From: a virus
Virus record (IMG/VR): IMGVR_UViG_3300042547_000432
Reading direction: 5' to 3' (one strand)
Length of the DNA stretch: 64,000 nucleotides
Below are positions 54,060 to 64,000 of the stretch, piece by piece. The first letter of the stretch is position 1, and every line of letters starts with the position of its first letter. The notes under the pieces are model-generated. The model had not been told where the DNA came from and ran no database searches. It was given only the letters and a program-made list of their open reading frames with translations. A program made the translations under genes and the position numbers.

Positions 54060-57000
54060 TTAGAAGGAAGCAACAACTCTTAAGTCTTGAATTTTTGGTA
54101 CATAAACGGGGTTAGCACTCCTCATAACAATTTTTACAGCAAAAGAAGTAAATTCCTGTAAATTGTTAACAGAATACTTATATTCCTTGTAAGCACTTTG
54201 ATTTTCAATATAACCAGCAATTAAATTATCTGTTGATGGAATTACTTGAATATCTGGATTGCCAGATTGATTGAAATATTCCCATCTAACATCATCAAAA
54301 TTGTATTGGGATGTAGCATAATTTACTTTATAAAGAACTTGAACATCATCTATTTCAAACATATTAGCAGTTAATCTAACATCAATAGAAGTTGCTGGGG
54401 TTTCTAAAGTTATTTCTTTGGTTACATATTTTGCCAAAGAAGAACTATTGTTATTATTCTCTGGAACATATAGTACGCCAGGAGCATAAGAAACACTCTT
54501 AACTTCTAAGAATGATTTTGTATCCGCTGGTTGATTTTCGTACCCAACTAAATCATTAACTCTAAAAATATCTTTAGATTGATTTGATGCGCTTGAAATG
54601 GAAATTCTAGCATAAGCAGAACCAATGGTAGACGCAGCAGTATAATTATCATTGATGGGTTGCTTGTTACAAGATACTCTCAACCTCTTTTTGTTGTTAT
54701 CCCAGGAAACAACTTTTCCATTAATTAAGTTGTCATATGATTTTGTAGTGTCTGTTTTATCAATCGCAGTAACAGTAGAATTTGCATTAAATGAAAATAC
54801 TACTTCTGTTACTCCGCCAGAAGAAACTGTCAAACCAGTTAACGACGGTTGAGAAGCAAATGATAAAGACTCACTTGGAGAGAATAAAGTATCTGTTAAC
54901 ATTTTTACGAATAATTCGGCAGTTGTTGTGTCAAATTTAACAATTACTGCTTGAGCTCTTGATGTATTTCCAGAAACCAACTTAGTATTCGCAGCATCAC
55001 CAGCAATTATAGAATTAACATTTGTTCCGTTTACTGTAAATTTATAAATCGGGTAAAATTCTATAATTTGATCTCTCCTTCCATATCTGTCTTCAACACC
55101 AGAAGATTTTTCAACATTATTATTTGATAAAATAACATTCGAAGATCTTAAATCAATCAGTGGTGACAAATATGATTTTGTTGAAGATAAAGATAACTTA
55201 TATTGTAATGAATATTTTTTATCGCCCGTAATATTTTTTAACTCATTGACCCTTGAACACACTACTTTTTGATTATTGAAGAAATGTTCTTCATTTAAAA
55301 ATGTTTTTTCATATTCTGATTGGGAATACGATTGATAGTTTACGACTTTTACATCTGCTGGCAAAATATTGGTAGTTTTTATTTCAGCATTTACTTTTGT
55401 TTCGGGAAAATTCAAATAAGCAAGTTGAGCAAATGATTTTTCATATTTTCTGTTGTATGATGCTAATACTTTAGAACCACCGCCAAAAGCATTTGATGAT
55501 GCCAATGTATTTGCAGTTATATTATAGAAATTTAATCCACTATTTGATACTTCATATAGTGTATTATTGATTTGTGAACTATCAAATCCACCAAAACTAT
55601 TTGAATTTTTAAAACTCACATAAGATTTTCCACTATCTTCAAATCCATTTAATCTATGATTTACTTTAATAACTTGATTATTGTTTCTATACAGAGTAGA
55701 AGTTGCTGTAGTATCTGATAAGGAATCTGCTTCAAATGGATTTTCATCCAATACTTCATAATCTAAGAATTCATTAGTTAATTCGACTATACCATTTCTA
55801 GAAATATCAAACTCAGCTCTATACAAAGTAAATTTGATATCTTCTAATAAGTCTTCTGTCCATGTATCTACGTTTTGGGATTTAAATACAGATCCTAATA
55901 ATGGTTGAGAAGTTACTACAGAATTAGAAGCAATTTCTACTTCACCCAACTTTGAAGACCACATGTTGTAATCCGTAGAGTCAGATTCAATAACCAAAGC
56001 ATATTCTGTTTCATTTTGTAAATATACTGGATTTTCAAAAGTAAATCTTGTTGGTGTAGTCGAACGAGTAGTTGTATCAATATCTGTTGCTACTCCCATT
56101 CTTACTGCTGGGGTGTCAATTTCGATAAATGACTGAATAGAAGCCGCAGAGGCAGAAGAACCAGTTCCAGTAATAATAATAGATGGTGGATCAGTATAAC
56201 CACTTCCAGCAACTAAAATATCAGCATCAAATATATTACCAGAAGAAACAGAACAAACCGCTCTAGCCTGTACGCCACCTGGAAGTTGGGGACTTTCTAC
56301 CTGAATAGAAGCACTGTCATAACCTGAACCCAAATTATCAACTCTAAGATCAACTAATCTTCCAGAATCTCTTGCTACGGTAACTCTTAAATTTGTGTTC
56401 TGAGCAGCATTATAAGTAGTTAATGAAGCAAATCTTAATTCTTCGTTTTCAATAAATGATTTTCCATTGTGGTTACTTAAAACTACTGTATAAACTTGAT
56501 CATTTGTTAGAGTATAACTTCCTGTTGTAGATGGAGTTAATACAATATTGTTTCTATCATAAACATCTTTTACAGGTCCAACTGATCCAGATGTTACACC
56601 ACTACAATTTTCTCCTTTATTAATTGTTAGAGTTCCATTTGTATAGACTCTTAAATATGTGTCTGGATTTAAAACACTTTCGCTGCCAGGTAAAATATAC
56701 TTTCCTGGTTTGCCACTTTCTATGTTTGTTAGATAAACTTTAATTGGTATAGAAGAACTCTTTGTGCTAAAGAATAAATCAATACCAGTTAAGAATAATC
56801 CACCAGGGAATTTTTCAACTTTAAATGATTGTGATAGTGGATTTGGTTTTACTTGTGCTCTTGTATTCTCAATATATTGAATTCCTTCTTTTGCCTTGAA
56901 AATTGCTGGAGTAGTTGAAATAATTGATGCTGGTTGTTCTGGTAAGTTACCAGACACATAATAATTGATTTCTGCGTAAGAATCAACAGTGCTATCAATT

Positions 57001-60000
57001 AATCCTGTTGAATCAGAAGTAAATTTAATATTTTTTATCCCAGTAGTGAAGAATAATTCTACTGTCGTATCATATTGAACATCATTAATTGATCCAGTCC
57101 AAGCAGAACCAGACTGAGGAGCATTTCCAGAAGGAATTAAAATCATTCCACTTAAATTGCCATTTGCGTCAGATGTAAGACCACTATTAAAGGTACTTAA
57201 AGAGTTTCCAGATACACCAGTATATCTGTAATCTTGATTGACCCATCTATCTATTGGTTGATTGTCCATGAAGACATAAAACTTGGTAAATGGCTTCATT
57301 CTGGTCAGTGTAAAGAATACAGGAACCGAGCGACAGAATTGCTGTAGTGAATTTGCTACAGTATTTTTTCCACTCTTTCTGGATGGAACATTTTGAGCTA
57401 ATTGATTATTTTGAGGACTAATATTAGAATTGCTAGAGATATTTGCGTTCGTTGAACTAGAAGTAGCAAGATTGCTCGAAATATTACTTAAAGAAGTAGT
57501 ATTGAAAAATACTCTATCTGTTCCCACCCAATTTACAATAAAGTTGTTATGTAAACTAGCATATGCATCTCTAGAATCACTCTTGGCATAGAACGTCGAG
57601 AAAACTTGACTGTCATTGTCTAAAATTAATGGGAATTGTTTTTGCTCATACCATCTGTCTATATTTGGATTTAAATGAGCATCACCAACATATTGAAGTA
57701 CTACAAATGGATTTACGGGTACAGTTTTAGTGGCGAATGGGTTTTTTACGAAAACAATATTATCATAAGGTAATGTTAATACTTCACCCGTTTTTCTGTA
57801 GTGATTTAAATCTCTTTGGTCCTTATTTACATTAACTTCAGTTAACTTTAAGGATGTTTCATATGAGGGTGTTCTTAATACGGACTGCTGTGTATCAATC
57901 GCACACTTATAATCTAAAGATTTTAAGTTGCCAATGCCATGATTTTCAAAATTATCTACAAGGAATCCACTCTTAAATCTATCGAGACCAACATCATCTT
58001 TAATCTGCATGTTCAATGCTTGTTGTTCTAATACACTCAGTAGTGTGTATTTTTCTAGTCTTTCTACTCTTTTTTCTAGTTTGGCAATATCGCGCATTGT
58101 GTAACGCTTGTTGTCAACTGGAATAATACGAACATCATCTGATGTCGCAGTATAGGCAGGAACATACAGATAATAAAGTGGGATAGCATCATCTACATCA
58201 GCTGGTTTTGTTGGATTTAATGAAGAATTTCCTTCTTTTACTATAAATTCTCCTTTTTTGTCTAAGAAAATCCCATCAATTCTATCTAAAAATTGAGACG
58301 AAGAATATGAGATAGTGTATGATAAATTGCTATCAGACGCTGGAGTATTGGAGGTTACCCCAGCAGATCCAGTAAAACTATTATAATCAACTAAAGAAAG
58401 AATAGATATGTCTTGATATCCACTGATAATTGAAGACGAATCAACTTTTGGACGGAAATCAAATACATCTCTGAGAGAAATTTTTCCGTATACCGATGAA
58501 TTGAAATCAGGAATTTCAGACAAACCAACTCCAGATTCGTGTACATAAGAATCTACGGTACAAAAATCTCCTTGCGAATGTTCAAAATAGTCAAATGATA
58601 TAATTAGTTGTCCTGTTGGTGTTTCGTATCCTGGTTTTAAAACAAGGCGAGAAATATCATAGAATGTATCTCTCTGTCCATCGTCAAAAGTAAATCTTTC
58701 TGTTACATCAGTTCCTGTGACCAAATCTCCAGTTGACGAAACTACAGGAGGTGTTTGAGAAGTCCCTTCATACACATAGTTAATTTTCACTACATCAGAA
58801 TATGAAATAACCTCATCGCTACTTGAGTCTACGTCAATTCCTCTAAGTGGTATAACTTTATCGCCAGGGGTTACCACCAATACTCTTTTGTTTGAGTTAA
58901 ATGTTTTTAATCTTGGTCTAGCTTTTAAAACTTCAATCGTTGCGGTTAATTTTAATATTGGGAAATTTGTTGTAGTGCCGAAGAAACTAGATGGCAGAGA
59001 AATCGTTACACTACCAGCAGTTACTCCACCTATAGTGGAGGTAGTTGAATTTTGAACAGAAACTTGATCATCTTTTAAGAAAATAATATCACCGTTATTA
59101 ACGGTAGTTGAAGATTTTTTATCTAGAACAGTCAGTAAGAAATTTTCTTTTGAGAATGGAGCGAATCTCTGTGTGCCATAAGGAAGTTGAGCAGCAAATG
59201 TAATGTTTCCTCCACTTGTAGACGCAGTTGTTACGAAGTCTCTTCTAAAGAAATATGATATTTCGGAATTTTCTGGATCTTGAACAATTTTACTTAAATA
59301 TTTTGTTCCAGATGGAATTACCAAAGAAGCCTTAGAAGCATTTCCAATTATAGAACGTACTTTAATAACACTAGTGTTTGTTACATTATTTTGTAAAACA
59401 TTGTCAAAATAAATTCTTGCTTTTATTAGTCCTTCTGGGAAATCTACCCTTTGTACAATAACACGAACAACATTATTTGCTGTGTCTGTGAATTGTATCA
59501 AATCACCAGGAACTACTTCTGTTGCTGGATTGCCAGAGAATCCATTGCACTCAATAAATTTGGAACCCTTAGTTCCAGAAAATGTAAAGTCAGTTAATAC
59601 TTTATTTGTTAAATAAGCAGAATCAAATGACTCTACATCGCAAGTAAATGTGTAAACATTTCCTGCTCCAAAAGACGAATGTAGAGATTTGACATTTTCT
59701 GGACCATAATTTTGTACAGAGTTTCTATATAAAACGGGTGTTACTACGGCGGATGATATTGGATTAGTTGTTCCAGTATCGAAAGAAACTACTGGAGTTG
59801 AAGCATAAGTTTGTGATACTAAATTACGATCTTTGATTATAATTTTAAAGATAATGTTTCCAAGTATTCCTAGTTCTACAGCCGAATTATCGTAAGTTAT
59901 TCCATTAATTTTTAATTTTGTTGATGATGGATATCCTTCTCCTCTACTATTTACAGTAAAGTGTGAGATTGTGCCATCTCTAGCAATTCTTTGTGTATTT

Positions 60001-62210
60001 CCTGCTTCATCAACTATGGTTTCGCCAGAAATAAATTGCCCAGATAAAACTCTAACATAAAGTATACTACCTGATGTGTATTTTGACCCCTGAGAACCTT
60101 CTATCACACCATAAGCATCACTGGTTAATCCAGTGACATATTTTCCTGGAACAAATGTTTGAGTAGCAATTACTTGATCTAGCGTTAATTGTGTGAAAAA
60201 AGTGGGATTAAAATAAGAAAACTTAAATACTGAATTGTAAGTATTTGTTCCTGTACTAAGTCTTCCCTTAGAGATTACAATATCAGTATCAACATTAAAC
60301 CCAGATCCTATTTTTTCTAGATTAAAATCTTTTGGTTTACAAACACCGACGATTGGAGTTATTACATTATTGTAATCTACAATATGCGAGTATGGAGAAA
60401 TGGATGCGTTTTGTCCTTGACCCTGGAAATAAAACTCTCTGGCATCATCTTGAGTTAAGAACAACTTTCTTCTTTTTACAGTATCGAAATCGTCGTATTC
60501 TTTTAAAAATACTTGTAAATCTTCTTTATTTCCAAGAACAGTTAATTCCAAATAATTTGGTTCTGTTGTACCAGTGTAAGGAATATCTGGTCTTTTAACC
60601 ACTGAGAAAGATAAAACATCAATACTTCTAGCAATAGTGGCGGCAGCCGAACTGCCCAAGTTTACCACAAACCACAATTTAGTAAATGTGGTGCCAAATT
60701 CCGCATCGGTTGGAAAAGTTCTGGCAGCAAAATTCGCAGGATCCGAAAGATACAACGTCATGATACCATCATCTAATGTATATTTCAGACCGCGCCTTTG
60801 AATAGTTTGTTTTGGACTAGATGCAGTTTCGATATTATTCAATCCAACAGAACCATCATTAAAAATTGAATTCATATAAACGGTGGGATATGCCGTCAAT
60901 TCTTGACTATCGGCATTTAATGGTATACTACCATAAACATTAGTTACATTAAAATACGAAAGCGGAGAAAACTTTAGTCTATTATTGCTTTGTACTAAAG
61001 TATCCCTAGCTTTATTAATTTCTAAATATTTCTTTTCTTTATTTACAACTTCAAATCCTTTGATGTAAGCTTTGCCAGACTCTAATCCAGCAACCATCAA
61101 ATTAGATGCCGCCGATACAGTTTTTGTATTTACTAATTTCGTTTCTTCATTAAATGGATATAATCCTTTATTGCCTTCTTTTTGATAATATTCTCTCAAA
61201 TCCAACGAAAAATTATCAACAACATAATCTCCAGATTCGTCAAAAGTTCTTCTTGCTAATGTTTCCTCTAAAACATTATAATCAGTTGACTTGACAAGTT
61301 GTTGAATTTCTCCATTTTTGATTGTAACTAATTGGACGTATTGATTATCTGTAAGAGAATCGTAGTCTAATACAATTAATTGTAAATCAATATTAAATCT
61401 ATGTGCTCCAGGAGCAGAAAAATTGGAAGATCCTTGAGAATTATCGTATAAGGACGAATCTTTTTCTGGAGTAACTATATTTTCGCTGATAGCAAATCCA
61501 ACTTTTGCCGATGGTTTATTGTAATATTTGTCAACAATAATAAGTTGTTCTGGATTATTAACAAAATAACCATTTACAAAATATACTCCCGACTCTACCT
61601 TTACGGCAGAGGCATAACCCATTGCTGGACTGTCAATAATTCTACTAAGTCCTGTGTCATAATCTTTGACTGTAATGGTTGTTGGGAGAACACTGCCGTC
61701 AGTACCAACAACCAACGTTGGCGTGTCAAGCAAATCTAAAACTTCTAAATTCTCTCCCTGTCGGAAAGTAGTTTCGTTGTTGGCATTGCCACTATTAATA
61801 TATTTTACAAATAAAATATCAGATTCAACTTCAGAAGAAAAGGCATACCAAACAACGGAAGCTTGAACACCAGAAGATAATCCTTGTAAAGTCTTTCCTA
61901 CTAACTGTGAAATATCATATTTTTCAAATACAATATTTCCATTTTGATTGACGGCAACATCATCAACAGATGCTAATTTGACATAATCTAATTTATTATT
62001 AAATGATACCTCTCCAGGAACAACCATTTGTCCCTGTTTAAATCTACTTCTGCCAAAATTTTCAATTTGATTTTGTAAAACAGATTGTAAAGTAGTTAAC
62101 TCTCTGGTTTGTATGCTGTATCCAGGGCGAAACAATACTTTGTAAAACCCTTTGTCTACATTAAAATCATCGTTATATGGTGGGACGCTAAGATTTGTCT
62201 TTTGAGGCAT
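54060..62210 (-). CDS. Giant virion protein, DUF4815 / VrlC-like, 2716 aa
   Basis: PYNDDF...YKVLFRPGYSIQTRELTTLQSVLQNQ, RYTMRDI, FLVDNF, PLSQSF; follows gp8. Confidence 0.88.
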   Translation of the reverse strand: MPQKTNLSVPPYNDDFNVDKGFYKVLFRPGYSIQTRELTTLQSVLQNQIENFGRSRFKQGQMVVPGEVSFNNKLDYVKLASVDDVAVNQNGNIVFEKYDISQLVGKTLQGLSSGVQASVVWYAFSSEVESDILFVKYINSGNANNETTFRQGENLEVLDLLDTPTLVVGTDGSVLPTTITVKDYDTGLSRIIDSPAMGYASAVKVESGVYFVNGYFVNNPEQLIIVDKYYNKPSAKVGFAISENIVTPEKDSSLYDNSQGSSNFSAPGAHRFNIDLQLIVLDYDSLTDNQYVQLVTIKNGEIQQLVKSTDYNVLEETLARRTFDESGDYVVDNFSLDLREYYQKEGNKGLYPFNEETKLVNTKTVSAASNLMVAGLESGKAYIKGFEVVNKEKKYLEINKARDTLVQSNNRLKFSPLSYFNVTNVYGSIPLNADSQELTAYPTVYMNSIFNDGSVGLNNIETASSPKQTIQRRGLKYTLDDGIMTLYLSDPANFAARTFPTDAEFGTTFTKLWFVVNLGSSAAATIARSIDVLSFSVVKRPDIPYTGTTEPNYLELTVLGNKEDLQVFLKEYDDFDTVKRRKLFLTQDDAREFYFQGQGQNASISPYSHIVDYNNVITPIVGVCKPKDFNLEKIGSGFNVDTDIVISKGRLSTGTNTYNSVFKFSYFNPTFFTQLTLDQVIATQTFVPGKYVTGLTSDAYGVIEGSQGSKYTSGSILYVRVLSGQFISGETIVDEAGNTQRIARDGTISHFTVNSRGEGYPSSTKLKINGITYDNSAVELGILGNIIFKIIIKDRNLVSQTYASTPVVSFDTGTTNPISSAVVTPVLYRNSVQNYGPENVKSLHSSFGAGNVYTFTCDVESFDSAYLTNKVLTDFTFSGTKGSKFIECNGFSGNPATEVVPGDLIQFTDTANNVVRVIVQRVDFPEGLIKARIYFDNVLQNNVTNTSVIKVRSIIGNASKASLVIPSGTKYLSKIVQDPENSEISYFFRRDFVTTASTSGGNITFAAQLPYGTQRFAPFSKENFLLTVLDKKSSTTVNNGDIIFLKDDQVSVQNSTTSTIGGVTAGSVTISLPSSFFGTTTNFPILKLTATIEVLKARPRLKTFNSNKRVLVVTPGDKVIPLRGIDVDSSSDEVISYSDVVKINYVYEGTSQTPPVVSSTGDLVTGTDVTERFTFDDGQRDTFYDISRLVLKPGYETPTGQLIISFDYFEHSQGDFCTVDSYVHESGVGLSEIPDFNSSVYGKISLRDVFDFRPKVDSSSIISGYQDISILSLVDYNSFTGSAGVTSNTPASDSNLSYTISYSSSQFLDRIDGIFLDKKGEFIVKEGNSSLNPTKPADVDDAIPLYYLYVPAYTATSDDVRIIPVDNKRYTMRDIAKLEKRVERLEKYTLLSVLEQQALNMQIKDDVGLDRFKSGFLVDNFENHGIGNLKSLDYKCAIDTQQSVLRTPSYETSLKLTEVNVNKDQRDLNHYRKTGEVLTLPYDNIVFVKNPFATKTVPVNPFVVLQYVGDAHLNPNIDRWYEQKQFPLILDNDSQVFSTFYAKSDSRDAYASLHNNFIVNWVGTDRVFFNTTSLSNISSNLATSSSTNANISSNSNISPQNNQLAQNVPSRKSGKNTVANSLQQFCRSVPVFFTLTRMKPFTKFYVFMDNQPIDRWVNQDYRYTGVSGNSLSTFNSGLTSDANGNLSGMILIPSGNAPQSGSAWTGSINDVQYDTTVELFFTTGIKNIKFTSDSTGLIDSTVDSYAEINYYVSGNLPEQPASIISTTPAIFKAKEGIQYIENTRAQVKPNPLSQSFKVEKFPGGLFLTGIDLFFSTKSSSIPIKVYLTNIESGKPGKYILPGSESVLNPDTYLRVYTNGTLTINKGENCSGVTSGSVGPVKDVYDRNNIVLTPSTTGSYTLTNDQVYTVVLSNHNGKSFIENEELRFASLTTYNAAQNTNLRVTVARDSGRLVDLRVDNLGSGYDSASIQVESPQLPGGVQARAVCSVSSGNIFDADILVAGSGYTDPPSIIITGTGSSASAASIQSFIEIDTPAVRMGVATDIDTTTRSTTPTRFTFENPVYLQNETEYALVIESDSTDYNMWSSKLGEVEIASNSVVTSQPLLGSVFKSQNVDTWTEDLLEDIKFTLYRAEFDISRNGIVELTNEFLDYEVLDENPFEADSLSDTTATSTLYRNNNQVIKVNHRLNGFEDSGKSYVSFKNSNSFGGFDSSQINNTLYEVSNSGLNFYNITANTLASSNAFGGGSKVLASYNRKYEKSFAQLAYLNFPETKVNAEIKTTNILPADVKVVNYQSYSQSEYEKTFLNEEHFFNNQKVVCSRVNELKNITGDKKYSLQYKLSLSSTKSYLSPLIDLRSSNVILSNNNVEKSSGVEDRYGRRDQIIEFYPIYKFTVNGTNVNSIIAGDAANTKLVSGNTSRAQAVIVKFDTTTAELFVKMLTDTLFSPSESLSFASQPSLTGLTVSSGGVTEVVFSFNANSTVTAIDKTDTTKSYDNLINGKVVSWDNNKKRLRVSCNKQPINDNYTAASTIGSAYARISISSASNQSKDIFRVNDLVGYENQPADTKSFLEVKSVSYAPGVLYVPENNNNSSSLAKYVTKEITLETPATSIDVRLTANMFEIDDVQVLYKVNYATSQYNFDDVRWEYFNQSGNPDIQVIPSTDNLIAGYIENQSAYKEYKYSVNNLQEFTSFAVKIVMRSANPVYVPKIQDLRVVASF

Positions 62211-62251
62211 TTTATTCTCAATCTCTTACGTGTAATTTACTTTAAAAAAAA

Positions 62252-64000
62252 TCAGAATTCAATAACAAGTTTGATATCTTCTACTTGGTCTGGAGCTCTG
62301 GTTATTAGTCTTCTGTTTTCAATATAAATGATTTCTCCAGAATTTGGTTGTAGTTCTGGAAGTGCTAATCCATTCGTGAACGTAGAACCCAACGCCGAAG
62401 CATTGAAAGTGGTATCAACAGTTCCTGTGATATTGGATGTTTGTCCAGTTACTGCGAAAGTAGCATTTGAAATAAATGCTCTTACTACACCATTGTTTAG
62501 GTGATTTTCTGGCGATTGGAAATATTTCAAAACACCTGAAGTTGTAGAACCAGAATCTAGAGTCCAAGCAACTACAGTTCCCTTAGCAACTCCACCACCA
62601 GGAAGAGATTGAGTAATTTCTTCGTCTTGCTGGAAAATGCCAGTAACATTGGTTAATTTAATCGCTCTAAGATTAGAAAGTGTGTCAACTGTGGCAAAGT
62701 TTGATGTGCCATAGAGATATGGGTCTTGTAGAATTCCAATTCTTCTAAAATCATTCTCTACTGGAAAGTCTCCACCGCCCTCAGCATATGTCAAGCGAAT
62801 ATTTGTCATAATTCGCTTAGCATTTAATTCTACAATAGGATCGGCACCGTGTCCTCCCTGTGGTGATAACACACATTCAATCGCACCAATAGCAGTTGAA
62901 GAAACTGTTACGGGAGTTGTTAGTGCTGCGTCAGAATATACATTTCCATTTGTCAGCAAAACATTTGCGTAAGTATACCCAGTGCCAGCAGCGTGGAGAA
63001 TAGCATAAGTAATGTTTCCAGATGAATTTGTTCCGAATTTGACGATTCCTCCACTTCCATCGCCAAAGATAGGAGTATATAGAGATGTTTGACTAGTTGG
63101 TAAATCAGATCCAATTGCTTTTAGTACAACTGTACTGATAGATCCATTAACTGCCGCTGCTTGAACTGCACCGTCAGCAACAATGGGAATAAAATCTGTT
63201 GATAGGAATCTAAGAACATCATTTGTTGTAATGGTGTACATATACTTCCAAATATAATTACAAAAACCATTAGCGTCTACAGGTTCTTTGTAAATTCCAT
63301 TAGAATATGTACCACTCGAAGGAGTTGTGGATGGTTCATATGCTACTGTAGGAAGAACACCACCAGGAAGAAGAGAAGCAGGTCTCTCACCGTTATATAA
63401 ACACTTAAAAACTTCGTACTTGTTATTTACAACATAAAATTTGGCGGTTGAAATATTTTGGGAACCAGTGGAGCCACCAGATAAAACTACCGAAGAAGTT
63501 TTTTGTTCTGAATAGTCGGGTCTCCACATATCAAAACGACTGTTGGTTGAAATGTCCCAATTATATCTTCTTACAACTGGTCTAGCAAATTCACCAGTAA
63601 TGCGTTTAGCAGCAAGAATGTCGGCATATGCTAGATATTTTTCTGTCTGGTTGTCGTAAGGAATTGTAGGAATATCATCAGTAGCAAAACGATATACACC
63701 CGTTAGAGCAGTAGCAGCAGTATTGCTACTTGTAATTGGATTGTATCCAGTTAATGTTGAACCCTGTGGTGGGACGGCAGAAGCAGTTGGACCAATAGCA
63801 GAAAGAAGAAGTGAGTTTGGATATGAAGCTACAACATCTGCTTTGAACGTAGCAGAAGCGAAATTAGCACCAACAAAAACTTTGTCACGACCAGCAACGA
63901 AATCAGTAGCTGACTTGTTATACACTTCTAGGTAAGCATACCATCTTTGTGGTCTACCAACAAAGAAGTACATTCTTGTTCTTTCTGAAGATGAATCTGA
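62252..64000 (-). CDS. gp8: Baseplate wedge subunit gp8, 5'-truncated (frame open from 64000)
   Basis: RMYFFVGRP, YVVNNKYEVFKCLYNG, WKYMYTI, PQGGHG, IYIENRRLITRA..Q.EDIKLVIEF. Confidence 0.93.
   Translation of the reverse strand, partial: SDSSSERTRMYFFVGRPQRWYAYLEVYNKSATDFVAGRDKVFVGANFASATFKADVVASYPNSLLLSAIGPTASAVPPQGSTLTGYNPITSSNTAATALTGVYRFATDDIPTIPYDNQTEKYLAYADILAAKRITGEFARPVVRRYNWDISTNSRFDMWRPDYSEQKTSSVVLSGGSTGSQNISTAKFYVVNNKYEVFKCLYNGERPASLLPGGVLPTVAYEPSTTPSSGTYSNGIYKEPVDANGFCNYIWKYMYTITTNDVLRFLSTDFIPIVADGAVQAAAVNGSISTVVLKAIGSDLPTSQTSLYTPIFGDGSGGIVKFGTNSSGNITYAILHAAGTGYTYANVLLTNGNVYSDAALTTPVTVSSTAIGAIECVLSPQGGHGADPIVELNAKRIMTNIRLTYAEGGGDFPVENDFRRIGILQDPYLYGTSNFATVDTLSNLRAIKLTNVTGIFQQDEEITQSLPGGGVAKGTVVAWTLDSGSTTSGVLKYFQSPENHLNNGVVRAFISNATFAVTGQTSNITGTVDTTFNASALGSTFTNGLALPELQPNSGEIIYIENRRLITRAPDQVEDIKLVIEF

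Noticed and set aside
47548-63935. Many 60-130-aa plus-strand ORFs opposite the giant structural genes
   Set aside because: Short, hydrophobic, frame-locked shadows with no promoters or SDs
1-64000. tRNA genes, CRISPR arrays, integrase/att sites, photosynthesis genes
   Set aside because: Intergenic gaps are all under about 120 nt and are accounted for by promoters and terminators; no such motifs recognised

Overview
A 64-kb piece of a T4-like cyanomyovirus (Kyanoviridae-type) genome, densely coding and almost entirely on the minus strand. Read in transcription order (right to left): gp8 baseplate wedge (cut by the window edge), giant virion proteins (2716-aa DUF4815-type, 2102 aa), a three-gene plus-strand fibre cassette, more fibre/virion genes including a 2623-aa modular protein, neck gp13-gp14-gp15, gp16, a four-gene insert, gp17, gp18-gp23, gp3, uvsY, uvsW, gp55, gp47, gp46, a vWA/HEXXH protein plus CobS-like AAA+ ATPase, gp45, gp44, a DNA adenine methylase, gp62, regA and hsp20. 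I saw no tRNA, CRISPR array, intron, intein, integrase or photosynthesis gene. T4-type late promoters ((T)ATAAATA), host sigma70-type promoters and intrinsic terminators can be read directly. The gene content is mostly familiar, so the best candidates for something new are non-genic. (1) GC3/CpG-rich synonymous islands recur inside four core genes (gp62, gp44, gp46, gp17), with inverted repeats, a shared motif and basic +1-frame ORFs. (2) A perfect TTGACA-17-TATAAT promoter fires antisense, back-to-back with the gp55 promoter. (3) A late promoter, three hairpins and a terminator after hsp20 look like a small RNA. (4) An early-expressed MoxR-type ATPase and vWA-metallopeptidase pair. All product calls rest on motif recognition and synteny, not database searches.
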